64,000 bases of DNA, taken from positions 4,402,001-4,466,000 of the forward strand of contig JBHGNT010000017.1 in the NCBI GenBank assembly GCA_043228905.1, read 5' to 3'. The position numbers and the translations under genes are program-made. Under the pieces are notes generated by a model. The model was not told where the DNA came from. It worked only from the letters and a program-made list of their open reading frames with translations, and ran no database searches. Position 1 is the first letter of the stretch; every line of letters starts with the position of its first letter. Below, piece by piece: positions 40,833 to 52,700 of this stretch. Origin of the DNA: Azolla caroliniana (Eukaryota; Plantae; Polypodiophyta).

Positions 40833-42140
40833 CACTATCATAGAATAGAGCATTGCGACGTCACAGTTTTTTATAAAACGTGTCACTAAGAAATGCTAGC
40901 AAAGTTTGCCTAATGTTTCCATATTGGAAAGCACGTTAAGCGATGTGCACTACAAAGGCATCACACAATAGTGCGTCCTTACACATCGTAGGACAATGTG
41001 AATTGAAAGGCATATGAATGTATGCGTATGAATGTGCATGTACACATGAATCAACGTATGTATGAATGTATGTGTACCTATGTGTGAATCTATGTATGTA
41101 TGTATGAACGAATGTGTGTGTGGGGTATGCATGAGTGAATGGATGTGTGTGTCGTGTATGTATATGTGTGAAAGAATGAATGTGTGTAGTGTATGTGTGA
41201 ATGGATGAATGTGTGCGGTGTACGTATGTGAATGAATCGATGATTTTATAATATATGTATATATACGAATGAATGAATGTGTGTGTAGTGCATGTGTACG
41301 AATGACGGAATGTGTGTATTTTGTATGAAAGTGTATGTTCATATGAAACAATGAGTGTATGTCTATAGAAAAATGCGTGTGTATGTGTATTCACATATAA
41401 TTGTTTGTGTCTATCTGTATAAATCAGCATAAGTATGCATCTGTATTCATATCTAAAGGTATGTATGTGTATTCACACACACACACACACATATATATTT
41501 CCAAAAAAAACTCCTTCCATTAGTTATAAGTGTATTCACATATAAGTGTTTGTGTATGTATGTATAAATCAATGTGAGCATATGTATACATATAAATCAA
41601 TGTAAGTATGCATGTGTATTCATATCTAAGGGTATGGGTATGTGTATTCATATCTAAATGTATATGTATGTGTATATGTACATTGAAACTTTAATACTAA
41701 CTATATGTTTGTGTAGGTATCAATAAAAATTCTGCATGTGTGTAACACTAATACTAAACCTAAACCCTAATCAACGAGACATACCTTGCTATCAAGCAGG
41801 AGATGAGCTCTGTATCAATTTGCCACATTGCTGCTTGTTGATGGCGAGAGCTTCTTGTCTTATGAAAATGGGAATTTATAATCCCTCTTTTCTTATATTT
41901 AAAAAAAGAATATAAAAAACGTTGCACATTGATGCCTTTCTATGCAAGTCATTTTGAGAGACCTAAAACAATGTCATTGTGCAATGTATTTAGGCATGTC
42001 CTTTTCGTGTTCCAGTGTGGAAGCATTGCATAAACTTTGCTCACGTCACACATCTAAGCGATTAGCAACATGCGCTTGAGGCATTGCTTTGTGACGCAAT
42101 TTAGCAAAAACGGGGCGTTGCTAACCACCCATTTGGTTGG
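40833..42140. mobile_element. Possible decayed non-autonomous CACTA element with (TATG)/(TG)-rich interior
   Basis: CACTA start with GCGACG/GTCACTAA-like subterminal motifs and CGTTGCTAA at the far end; no clean TAGTG terminus or TSD. Confidence 0.3.
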
Positions 42141-42164
42141 AGAAATTTATGGCAAGCCAATCAA

Positions 42165-42800
42165 TTCAAGTCTTGTATAGTTGATTTTCCAAACAACATA
42201 GTCATTTCAGTTATAGATTTTCAAGGAGCAAAACAAAATTCAATCCATGTGTCGGTGGTTAGTACACTTGGTAACAATTTTTGTTCATATAACTTATTAT
42301 TGAGTCTCATGCGATATACATAAAGTAATTCATTTCTTCATTATATTTGATGATAAGAAGCATGATACCTTGCTTGTCCAACCTTGTCTAAAATTATTGT
42401 GGAAATGGTTGTTAGATCAACATTTGGAACTTACACAACATACGGTTTGGTTTGATGAACTTGCATCGCAATTGAAGATTAAATGACCATTCTATTTTGT
42501 TAGGAGATATCCTTGTGAAATAGGATTGGAGATGACATCAAACTTTTTCAAGTCTGGCCATAGAAAAGGCGAATATGGTAATAATAGTGGGTGCAGTTAT
42601 AAAGGGGGCACTTATTCATGAACAATTAAAGGCCGATGGCGTGCATATGTATCGTGGTAGTCATGTAGTGGAGTATTTAAGAGAACATATGTCATCTAAT
42701 TCAACTTGTGTTTACTCCTCACATGTTTGAGATATCAAACAAGTATTTTAGTAAGTGAAGCCAGATGAAGTAAATAGAGAGAACATATGGGAATGCCAAG
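42165..42800 (+). pseudogene. Sola-like (Sola2-type) DDD transposase relic
   Basis: Ordered motifs QNKIQS, IFDDKKHD, VWFDELASQLK, FFKSGHRKGE (cf. ISDDxxHD, WSDGCAxQFK, GHGKGxxDG). Confidence 0.6.
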
Positions 42801-43199
42801 GAATCCCGTAACTATCGTATGTGAAGGTAGTTGAGACATAATCATCATGTTTGGTACAATTATTATGATTATTTGCACATAATCATCATGTCTGGTATTT
42901 TACACATGTAAAAAAAACTCAAGTAAGATACAAATAAAAACTTTGTTACCATAATGACTTCATTAATTAAGCAATAGAAAAGTGTCAAAGCTTTCATTAA
43001 TCAGAACATTCCTAAATTACATCAGTTTGAATACATTTAAGGGGTATATTCTTGTCCACATGTGTGACAATGACCAAGTTCTTCGAATTGAGTGGAGCCT
43101 CCCTCATATGTTGTCGATATACTCAACTCGGTGGTGTGCATAACTATGTTTGAACTTGGTTGCAATGAATTTTCACGAAGTAGTTGCAAAATAAGACAA

Positions 43200-43700
43200 C
43201 ATTTTTGAATATTTAGGTATTTATCAAGGACTTATCTACACTATACTCTAGCCACTCTACACCATTAAGAACTTATCTAGACTATAATCTAGCAACTCTA
43301 TCCAAAATTCTTCAAGGCTATTGAATCTTACATTGTTCTTCTCTTCACAAATTTCCCTTAACCAGAAGAACTCAACATTTTTTATCCCCATTTTGGTAAG
43401 AGTCTATCCCATACATATGGCATGGTTTATCACTTCAAATAAAAATATCAAACCACTACACATCTCATGTAAAAAACTAATCAGTGTGCTCCCTTGGGCT
43501 TCATCCTTTGTATATTTACAAGGAGTTTATGAACCTCCAAAATCAAATCTCTTGGCACCCTTACATTGTTTGGGTTACTTTGGGTTGTGATATAATGTCA
43601 AACTTTACCTTTGTATACACTTGGATCTTTGAGTTGTTTGTTTGCAGGTCTTGCTTCTAAGTTGCAATATCTACCTTACACCAATGACTCTCTGTCTTGA
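43200..43700 (-). pseudogene. Highly decayed gypsy integrase C-terminus/chromodomain-like relic
   Basis: Weak minus-strand traces (RCSG..FEVIN.A; VEWLEYSVDK). Confidence 0.3.
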
Positions 43701-44561
43701 TGCTTGTTGTTACATCTCTTCTCGAAATGGCCCCAATAGTACTTGTCACCTCATCTATTTGCAAAAAGTAAACCAACCATGCCACATGTTTCCTACATCT
43801 ACTCTTAGAATGAGGCCCTTGGTGTTGGTTGTGACATCAAAAGTTTTTGTGAAATGTTAGTCTAATTTGTTGCAACTAATTCATACCCTTACGTCTCTAT
43901 GGTATCAAGAAAAATGAGTATAATCACACTCACAAAACAACAAAACCCTTACAAAAGAACAACTTGACGGCACAACATTCCTCTTTCAAAACAACCTATT
44001 TCTTGAATATTCCTCAACATTATATGTACAATGTTCATATAAAGTATAAACCGGTGTCGTGAAGAAAACCGGCCTTAGGCGGAATTGGTGAAAAAGGCGC
44101 AAGAACCGGCCCTTATGCACTGGCACAATATTGATAGGGAGTACATAATTAGGAATAGGTAGGCTGATGAGAATATCCTAGGAAGATTATATTTATAGGC
44201 TAGTGAATCGAAGCGGATATTTGTCCGAAGGGACAGAGAATAAAAGTGATGTGACCAGGGTGTAATGGTCCCTCCCCCACGGCCTATAAAAGGGAAGGGA
44301 AGAAGACTGAGAAGGGTATCGTGTTTTTGGCTAGGAGGAGGTGCTATCGGACTAGGAACCAAGCTCTCTCCTCCTCTATTGTTGTTCTCTGCAGGATTTT
44401 TGAGTTGGTTGCCTCTGCTTCGAGGAAAGCCGTGTGCCTTCTGGCAAGGCTCTATTGTGTGTGTGCGTGGGTGTGTGATTGTCTGGGTTGGGTCTGTCGT
44501 CGGCTATCCGACTGTAATCTTGCAAACAGTGTAACCTTTACTGTTAATGTAATCGAATCTC

Positions 44562-44614
<53 letters not shown>

Positions 44615-44644
44615 TGTGTGTTTCTGTGAGTCTCTCTTTTACGT

Positions 44645-44756
44645 TGTCGTGTTACTACGTGCGTGCGTGTAGAAGGGGCAGGACCACAGAGGTCTTGGAC
44701 GAGGGAGGAAGGGATGCTGAGAAATCGACTCCGGACACGTCCCAGAGGCAACCAAA

Positions 44757-44825
<69 letters not shown>

Positions 44826-45422
44826 ATGCGCGCAACATTGACTCTTATGCATAGGAAACAAGGGCTATGCTCCTGACACCACCAAATACACCAATATGCA
44901 CAAACAGATGTGAGTATATATATTACAAGGGAGAAGATACAACCCCGGCTTCGAGTCGAACCAAGGTAGGGTAGGTTACAACAACAATCTGCTGCCAAGA
45001 CGCCGATCGGGGAGCTCTCGGGCTCATCGCGCAGAGCGGGGTCTTGCACAAGAGACCGAGCAGAAGCAAACCCTAAACATACACGAACTCTCAACCCACA
45101 CGACGGCGACGAAGAAGAAGAAGAAGAAGAAAGGAAACTATCAAGATGAAAACCAAAACGAAACCCTAGGTCGAAGCAAGAATAAGTGAAACTGCCTAGC
45201 CCTAAATCTAACGGTATACCCTCCTAACACAAAATGGGCAACCCCTCAACAAGGGACCCCTCCCTCCTTTTATAGACCAAGGAGGGGAGGGCGTTACAAT
45301 GTGGGAAAAATACTCCCCTTTATTCTATACACCATTTCCTACTATACATGTGCACATGTTGCACACCACCGACTTGCCTATTCCACCTCGGTTTTACACT
45401 ATAGCCGGAAATCTTCACGAAA
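44645..45422 (-). mobile_element. Solo LTR of the same family inserted in opposite orientation inside the 5' LTR
   Basis: Colinear with 612-1377; flanks ACGT/ATGC (degenerate 4-bp TSD). Confidence 0.78.
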
Positions 45423-45619
45423 ATGCGAATGTGCGTCTTGTTCCGATACACATACTGGATCATTCAGCCGACAAGTGCTGCCAGTTGCAAACGGGCCTAA
45501 CCGGCCTACGCTTGCGCTCTTCGCCCGCTCCGCCTCCTTCTCTTTCTCTTGCTCCTCGGTTCAGGGCCCCCGCGGTCCCACCTTATTTCCTACCCGAAAG
45601 CGGAACAACATGACATATT

Positions 45620-45637
45620 TGGTGAACCCGACGTGAA
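45620..45637 (+). promoter_or_regulatory. Primer-binding site complementary to tRNA-Trp
   Basis: TGGTGAACCCGACGTGAA, 4 nt after the LTR end. Confidence 0.85.
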
Positions 45638-45642
45638 ACAAG

Positions 45643-48600
45643 GTGGCAGAGGAGTCGAAGATGAGGGGATCGGAGCTTGCCGAAGCCATTGCGGCAGCAG
45701 TCGATCGGATAGTAAGTGCTCGCGAGGGCACATGCGCCCTTGATAGGGCCATTGAAGCAATTGTCGGCACAATAGGCCGGTTCGGTGGGAAGAATGCCAT
45801 GAGCTATTTGGTGTCCTACCGAGCCGAGATGGTGATGAGGGACATTTCGGAAGATAGGCAGCTGGCCGGATTCCCTCAGGTGGCAACACCGGGCATTCAC
45901 GCGGAGGTGCTCGAGGTGTAGGCCGGATGCGGGACTTGGGAAGAGTTCGAAGGGAGGATCCTCGAAAGGTACGGGCTCAATGAAGCGCTTCGGCTATCGA
46001 AGCGAGATTTCATGGATTGGGTGGAGACCCCCGGAAAGGGGAGGAATGTGTCATCGCTTCTCTGGGAGTTTGAAGAACGCTTTGCGCAGCTCTCGGCACT
46101 GGACAGAGCAATGCTGGACACAAGCCATGTCTTGTTGTTTGTCAAAGCCGTGCATGCACGGGATCAAGACCAGGTGGGTCTCCTGTTGGAGACGGATGAC
46201 GGGCTAATGGCCGACTGGGCTGTGGTGAAGAGAGTCTGCGGCCGCTTTGACAAACGGTGTGAGTGGGGCGACGAAGGATCGTCGGCGGCGAGACCCGTCC
46301 CGACAAGGAAGTTTGACGAGCCTTCGGCGGCACAAAAGGAGGAAACCCGAGATTGGCTCGAGATGGGCTCGACCTCGACCGACATGGTCAAGGGCGCATT
46401 CGGAGGAGAGGCTCTTGAGGAGCTGACACAAATGGTGCGCGACCTGCAGATCGCGCAGGCCCGGAGAGACAGCGGCGAATAGTCCCATGACCGGAGGCCT
46501 CCGGCTAGGCAGTGGTGCGACGCGGTCGGCCACGCTCGGAAAGAGTGCGTAGATTTTGTAGACGCGCTTAGAAGCAATGTGGTATACCTATGGAATGGGC
46601 GGGTGCATACCAGTGACACCCAGAGACCCCTATAGATGAATTTCGGGAGCGGAATGAAGAGGTTGATGGAAGAAGCAGCAGCGCGCCATGTAGAGGCCAT
46701 CCATTATTTGGCGTCGGCCGGAATCCGGGTCGGAAGCGAGGAAGGCCGAAAGACGGAAGACTTCGGATTCTGGCCGATGGTGATAGAAGGCCTCGTCGGT
46801 GTATGGCTAAGGTAGGAAGAAGCAGACCATGCGGAGAAGCGGATCTGAGAGGTTACCGGATGGGATGACCCAATTGAGGAGAAAACCGGATTCGTGGAAG
46901 CGGCGTGCCAGAACTACAAGGTTTGGGTAGAAGACAAGCGTGCGGGAAAAGCCGGAGGGGCGGGACCCTCCCAACAGTATGAGACCCGGTTCGGGCCAAA
47001 GCGGAATGATGCCGGTAACCCTAGCGCACCGGATAGAACGAAGCGGGCCGATTACTGGCTGAGCACGGAGATTGAGAGAACGACAAACCTACAGAAGGTT
47101 CTCGAGGAGCGGGTTCTCGACAGCAAGGTGGAGTTGTTGCTAAGGGAGGTGCTCAGGATCGCCAAGAAGGAGTTCCACGATTCCATCGTGGACTTGGTGA
47201 AGCTTAAACGACTCTCGATGGAGCTAGAGCTGGAGAAGCCGATGGAGGTACAAATGTTGCACTTGGAGGATGCGGCCTTGGAAGACGAGTTGGTAGAGAG
47301 CCACTATTCGAAGTTGCACTGGGCAAGGGCTACTACGGAAACCCCCGTTCGGGTCGGGGACGTCCAGGAGCCGGTAGTGGCGCTGATTGACCACGGGTCA
47401 GAGATCAACCTGATGTCTATGGATTTGTATAAAAAAGGGAAGTGGCCGATCAACACCAAGCACGGGTGGAAGATTAGTGCGGCAACGCGCACCATGGAGG
47501 AGTTGCACAGGGCTTGCCCGAATGTACGTGTGAAAATCGGCGATGTCGAGATTGATCAACACTTCTTTGTGCAGGAGACATCCTTGCATCTGGTGATACT
47601 CGGCGAACCGTATATCACAATGACACGCATGGAGACAAAGGTGATGGATAATGGTTCAGCGTACGCATGCGTGAAAAACCAGGATGGGTGGCACTCTGTC
47701 CAATTTTTGACAGTGCGACCGAACCATGAGTGTAACCGCGAGACCCTCGGTGGCGACAATTGAGGGGATTTTTAGAGAGGGCTATCAAGGCGTGGGGCCG
47801 TGATAGTGCGGACACTCCGGCAGAACCCCACAAGTGTACTATACGTAGGAAGCTTTGGGTCCCCGGCAACGGAGGATGTACAGTAGCCGGCGTCGGTGGT
47901 CGGGAGAAGAAGATGGCCGAGGAACACTTCAGAGAGTGTGGAATCCTCTTCCCCGACGAAGAAATCAGTAGCGCCATGGAGGCGGTCTCTTTCGATGACA
48001 CCTTGGGGGAAATGGGAAAGGTAATTGGTGAAGGCCTTAGTGAAGACCGAGTGATTCCGGTCAACTCGATGGATATGTACGAAGTCATTGCCAACTTTGG
48101 GGAAAGGGTCAGGTCGGATCAGACGGCCTGCGTAGATCCAAAATACAAGACTGTGGACCGAAAGGTGAGGCCAGTCGCGGCACCCTTGCCGGGGGTCAAC
48201 AAGGAATGAAAGAAAGGGGTTGCGTGGGACCCAAGTTTGCGGAATCCTGTTGACATAGGACACCGGTTCACCGACATAACGCTACGGGAGCTCACGGTTG
48301 GTTGGGGTGGCTTCCTACTGCTGGCGGAGGAGGAGAGGTTTCGGAGAATGCTCAAAAGGCATGGGAAGGCCTTCGCATTTGCGTCGGGGGAGATCGGGTG
48401 CGTAGACCCGACGATCGTGGAACCAATGGTGATCTTCACAGTACCGCATATGCCGTGGAATCTCAAGCCGATTCCGGTACCTAGAGCTCATATCCCGAAG
48501 TTGATGGAGCTGCTGAAGCAGAAGGTGGAGGTGGGCACATCATCGAGCTGTTGAGTGCCCCATATTCGAACTGGTGGTTTATCGTGCTGAAGAAGAATGG

Positions 48601-48943
48601 CACGCTACGCTTCATTCAGGACCTGCAGCCCATCAACAAGGTGACCATTCGGAATGCAGGTGTCGGACCGACCATTGACGAGTTTGCGGAGGCCTTCGCT
48701 GGAAGGTCGGTCTATTCGGTCAGTGATTTGTACTGGGGTATGATCAGTTCCAACTAGCCATGGAGAGCAGGGATATCACGACGATGCGGACTCCTCTCGG
48801 CTTGGTGCGGATGTGTACCCTACCATAGGGAGGGACCAACTTGGTGGCACACATGGTGAATGCGATGAACAAGGTGTTGAGGGACTGTATCCCGGACATC
48901 ACCATGCCGTTCTTGGACGACATCCCGATAAAAGGGTGTCCGG
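45643..48943 (+). pseudogene. gag-protease / RT polyprotein with stops
   Basis: ORF pieces 45643-45921, 46012-46482, 46894-47763, 47760-48209, 48237-48554 and 48551-48757. Confidence 0.85.
47766..47808 (+). promoter_or_regulatory. Putative -1 ribosomal frameshift signal (G_GAT_TTT plus downstream stem-loop)
   Basis: The heptamer precedes the zero-frame TAG; the -1 frame continues FLERAIKAWGRD; same signal at 55042-55048 on the minus strand. Confidence 0.65.
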
Positions 48944-49155
48944 TGTCGAGTTGTTACGCTCTTCTCGTGCGGAAAGAGGTGGGACCGCGGGGGCCTTGAA
49001 CCAAGGAGCGTGAGAAAGAAGAGAGAGAGAGAGCAGCTTGCAGAAACACATAGGGAGAAAGAGAGAGAGAACAAGGCCTTAATTACAAAATCAATAGCGA
49101 TTACAACCGGCAAGCCGGCAACAGACCCAACTCAGGCGAATACACACACACACGA

Positions 49156-49747
49156 TGTTGGGATTACGGTCCCTTCGGATGGGATGGTCGGATCCGGTTT
49201 CGGTTTCGGATCCGGATGACGAAGACCCCGGTTTCGGCACCGGATGACGAATGTACCCGGAGAGCGATCCGGATGCAGGGACATATCCGTAAATATGTTC
49301 GCTATGGGCCCCTGAGGCTACAGTTGTAAATAGCCCAAAGTCATATAAGTATAAATATGACTTAGGGCAAACAGTTTTGAGTTGCTGATCTTTTTTCTGT
49401 TTTTCCACTTTAGAGGAGTGAAGAGAGAAAGCAGCCGTGAGAGAGAGAGAGAGAGAGAGATAGAGCGCGAGAGAGGAAGAGGTAGACGCCTCTGTGTATT
49501 TCCGCCGCCTGTGGCGAGGACAGCGAGCTCAAGGTCGTCGCCTTGGAGCTCGTCATTGTATACTTCTCTTTGTATAGTGTTGTTTGGAGTCTTGTACTCC
49601 CGTGGTTTTTCCCATCTAGGGTTTTCCACGTTAATCACTGTGTACTCGTGTATTTGTCTCTTTGGTTCCTATTTTCTGCTCCATTGATCCGCGATTACTC
49701 GGTTGTGGCCGGGTGAAGAAGGTGAATCAGAGCGACTATTCCCTACA
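49156..49747 (+). repeat. Copia 5' LTR
   Basis: TGTTGGGA...CCCTACA, 592 bp. Confidence 0.96.
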
Positions 49748-49776
49748 AACTGGTATCAAAGCGACTGTTGCAGAAA

Positions 49777-52700
49777 ATGGAAGGCGGCGGCAGCGGGCAG
49801 CCGGGGATGATGGTGCTGAACGCGCAGAATTACGCCGATTGGAAGATCAAGATGGAGGACCTTCTGATCGTTCGGGACCTGTATGAACCGATTGACAGGT
49901 CGGAAATACCGAAAGGGGTACTTGAGTCGGAGTGGAAGCTCCTGAACCGGAAAGCCGTAGCGACGATCCGACAATATGTCGATGTAAGCGTCCTACAACA
50001 TGTGGCGAACGACACCAACGCATATGAGATGTGGAAGAAGCTGTCGGGCCTCTACGAGAGGAAGAATGCGTTGAACCGGACCTCCCTGATGAGGAAGATA
50101 GTAAATCTCAAGTACCGGGACGGCGAGAGTATGGTGGAACACGTAAGCACGTTCATGGGATTCGTGAATCAGCTTGCAGCGATCAAGTTCCCGTTGGAGG
50201 ATGCAATGCAAGCCATCATCCTGATGTGTACATTGCCGGAAAGCTGGGAGAACTTGGTGGTGACTCTCAGCACCTCCTGCACCGAAGATAACTTGTCCCT
50301 ACAAACGGTAAAGACAAGTATTTTGAACGAAGAAGCGCGTCGGAGAGATAAGGAACCGGCCTCCGACCCGAAGATGTTGTTTACCGAATCGGATCGGGGA
50401 AGACAATGGAACCGGAGTCCGCAAAGACGGGAGAAGTCGGGGACCCGGTCGCAGTCAAGAGGAAGGCCCACATGCTTCCACTGTGGGAAGCCGGGGCACT
50501 TCCGAAAGAATTGTCGGCATTACCGAAAAGACAATGGAACCGACAACACCGATTCGAAGAAGTCACCGGAGAGAAACGGTGCATACTGGGGAGCCACGGA
50601 CCGGAATGGTTCGGATCGGCGAGGACAGGACCGGAAAGGAACGACGGCACTCGCGGCAAGTGAAGAGGAGATCATGCTCATCACCGAAGAAGGTGAACTA
50701 AACATTGCCGGCGATGAGACGACCTGGGTGGTCGATTCCGGAGCATCGTTCCACCTGACCCCGGAGAGAAGATACTTCTCATCCTACACAGCCGGCGAGC
50801 ATGGCTGTGTTCGGATGGGAAACGAAGGTACGTGCCGGATTGCCGGCATAGGAGACGTGTGGTTGACAACCCCGACCGGATGCAAAATGCTGCTGAAGAA
50901 TGTCCGACACGTTCCGGAGGTCCGACTGAACCTGATCTCGGCCGGGAGGCTAGATGATGAAGGCTACACGGGTAGCATCCGGAACGGTGTCATGAAGTTC
51001 AGCAAAGGGAGCTTGATAGTGGCTCGGGCCCGAAAGGTCAACACACTGTACCTGATGAATGCCCGGTTATGTCCGGAAGAGCTGAATGTGGCAGCCGACA
51101 CTGCCGGTGAGCTGTGGCACAAAAGACTGTGCCACATGAGTGAGAAGGGGATGAAGAGGCTTGCAGAAGACAACCTTATTCCAGTGAAGCATGTGCACCT
51201 GGAGAAGTGCACCGATTGCCTGGCCGGTAAGCAGAACCGAACTTCCTTCCACTCAAGGCCACCGACGAGACGTAGCGCACCATTGGAGTTGGTGCACACT
51301 GATGTGTGTCAGGTAGAAACGAAGTCACATGGCGGAGCCCAGTACTTCGTAACATTCATCGATGATCATAGCCGAAAACTGTGGACGGCACCGATGAAGA
51401 CAAAGGACCAAGTGTTGTGCGTCTTCAAAGAACTCCACGCGAGAGTGGAAAGGGAATCCGGCAAGAAGCTGAAAGCGATACGAGCGGATAACGGAGGGGA
51501 ATACCGGGGGCAGTTCCAGGAGTACTGTCGCTCGAAGGGAATCCGACTCGAGTTTACTGTGCCGAAGACGCCGGAACTGAACGGGCTGGCCGAGAGGATG
51601 AACCGGACCATAATGGAGAGGGTCCGGAGTATGCTGGCGCATGCGAAATTACCCAAGGGATTTTGGGCTGAGGCAATGTCGACGGCGACATATGTGATAA
51701 ACAGATCACCCTCAGTACCTTTGGACGGAGACACGCCGCAGAGAGTGTGGACTGGAAGGGAAGTATCCTACCGGCATCTGAAGGTGTTCGGGTGTCTCGC
51801 ATACGTGCATGTGGCAAAGGACCGGAGAGGAAAGCTAGATCCAAAGACCCGGCCATGCATATTCCTCGGTTACGGCGACGACGAGTTCGGCTACCGAGTA
51901 TGGGACCCGGTTGACAAGAAGATATTCCGGAGTCGTGATATCATCTTCATGGAGAACAAGACACTCGCCGACTGGGAGTCGGAGAAGAAGATGAAGAGCT
52001 CCAAGTCGACCGGTGAGGATCAACTCTACGGGGAGCAGTCCCGACCGGCAAGGGACCGGTTAGCACTCGAGGATCCGGCCGAAGACGGTGAAGAAACAGA
52101 ACCGGCCGAAGAAGATGAAAATGATACCGGAACCGGCCCCGATCCCGAAATGGATTCGGATGAAGAAGAAGAATCGGAAGAACCGGTTACCGAAGCTCCG
52201 GAACGGAGATATCCTCTAAGAGAGAGAAGGGCCCCCCGGAGATTTCCGGAACCAGAGCATGTGCTGCTAACCGACGAGGGGGAGCCGGAGAGCTTTGAAG
52301 AAGCAAAGCATGACACCCAGAGCCGCAGGTGGTTGAGTGCCATGCAGGACGAGATGGATTCCCTGCATGAGAACCACACATATGAACTTGTGGAGTTGCC
52401 GAAAGGAAAACGGGCACTCCGTAACAAGTGGGTGTTCAAGCTGAAACCGGGAGATGCCGGAAGCCCCCCGAGATACAAAGCCAGGATCGTGGTGAAGGGG
52501 TTTCAGCAGAAGAAGGGCGTCGACTTCGACGAGATATTTGCCCCGGTAGTGAAGATGACCTCCATCCGGACGGTGCTGAGCATAGCGGCAAGCATGGACC
52601 TCGAGGTAGAACAGATGGACGTGAAGACGGCATTCCTTCACGGTGACCTCGAAGAAGAGATCTACATGCAGCAACCGGAAGGATTCGAGAAGAAAGGGAA

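Larger units (their letters stand above)
44055..48943 (+). mobile_element. Trp-primed Ty3/gypsy element: 5' LTR (with nested inverted solo LTR), PBS, gag, protease and RT, interrupted at 48944 by a relative
   Basis: LTR TGTCGTGAAG (44055)...CATGACA (45615); PBS 45620-45637; ALIDHGSEINLM; WFIVLKKNGTLRFIQDLQP; PFLDDIPIK. Confidence 0.88.

Noticed and set aside
40936-41430. His/Thr-rich ORFs
   Set aside because: Translation of (TG)/(TATG)-rich simple sequence.
44567-44824. (CT)n and (GA)n forming a hairpin; SLSL/ERER ORFs
   Set aside because: A by-product of an LTR inserted in inverted orientation into a related LTR.
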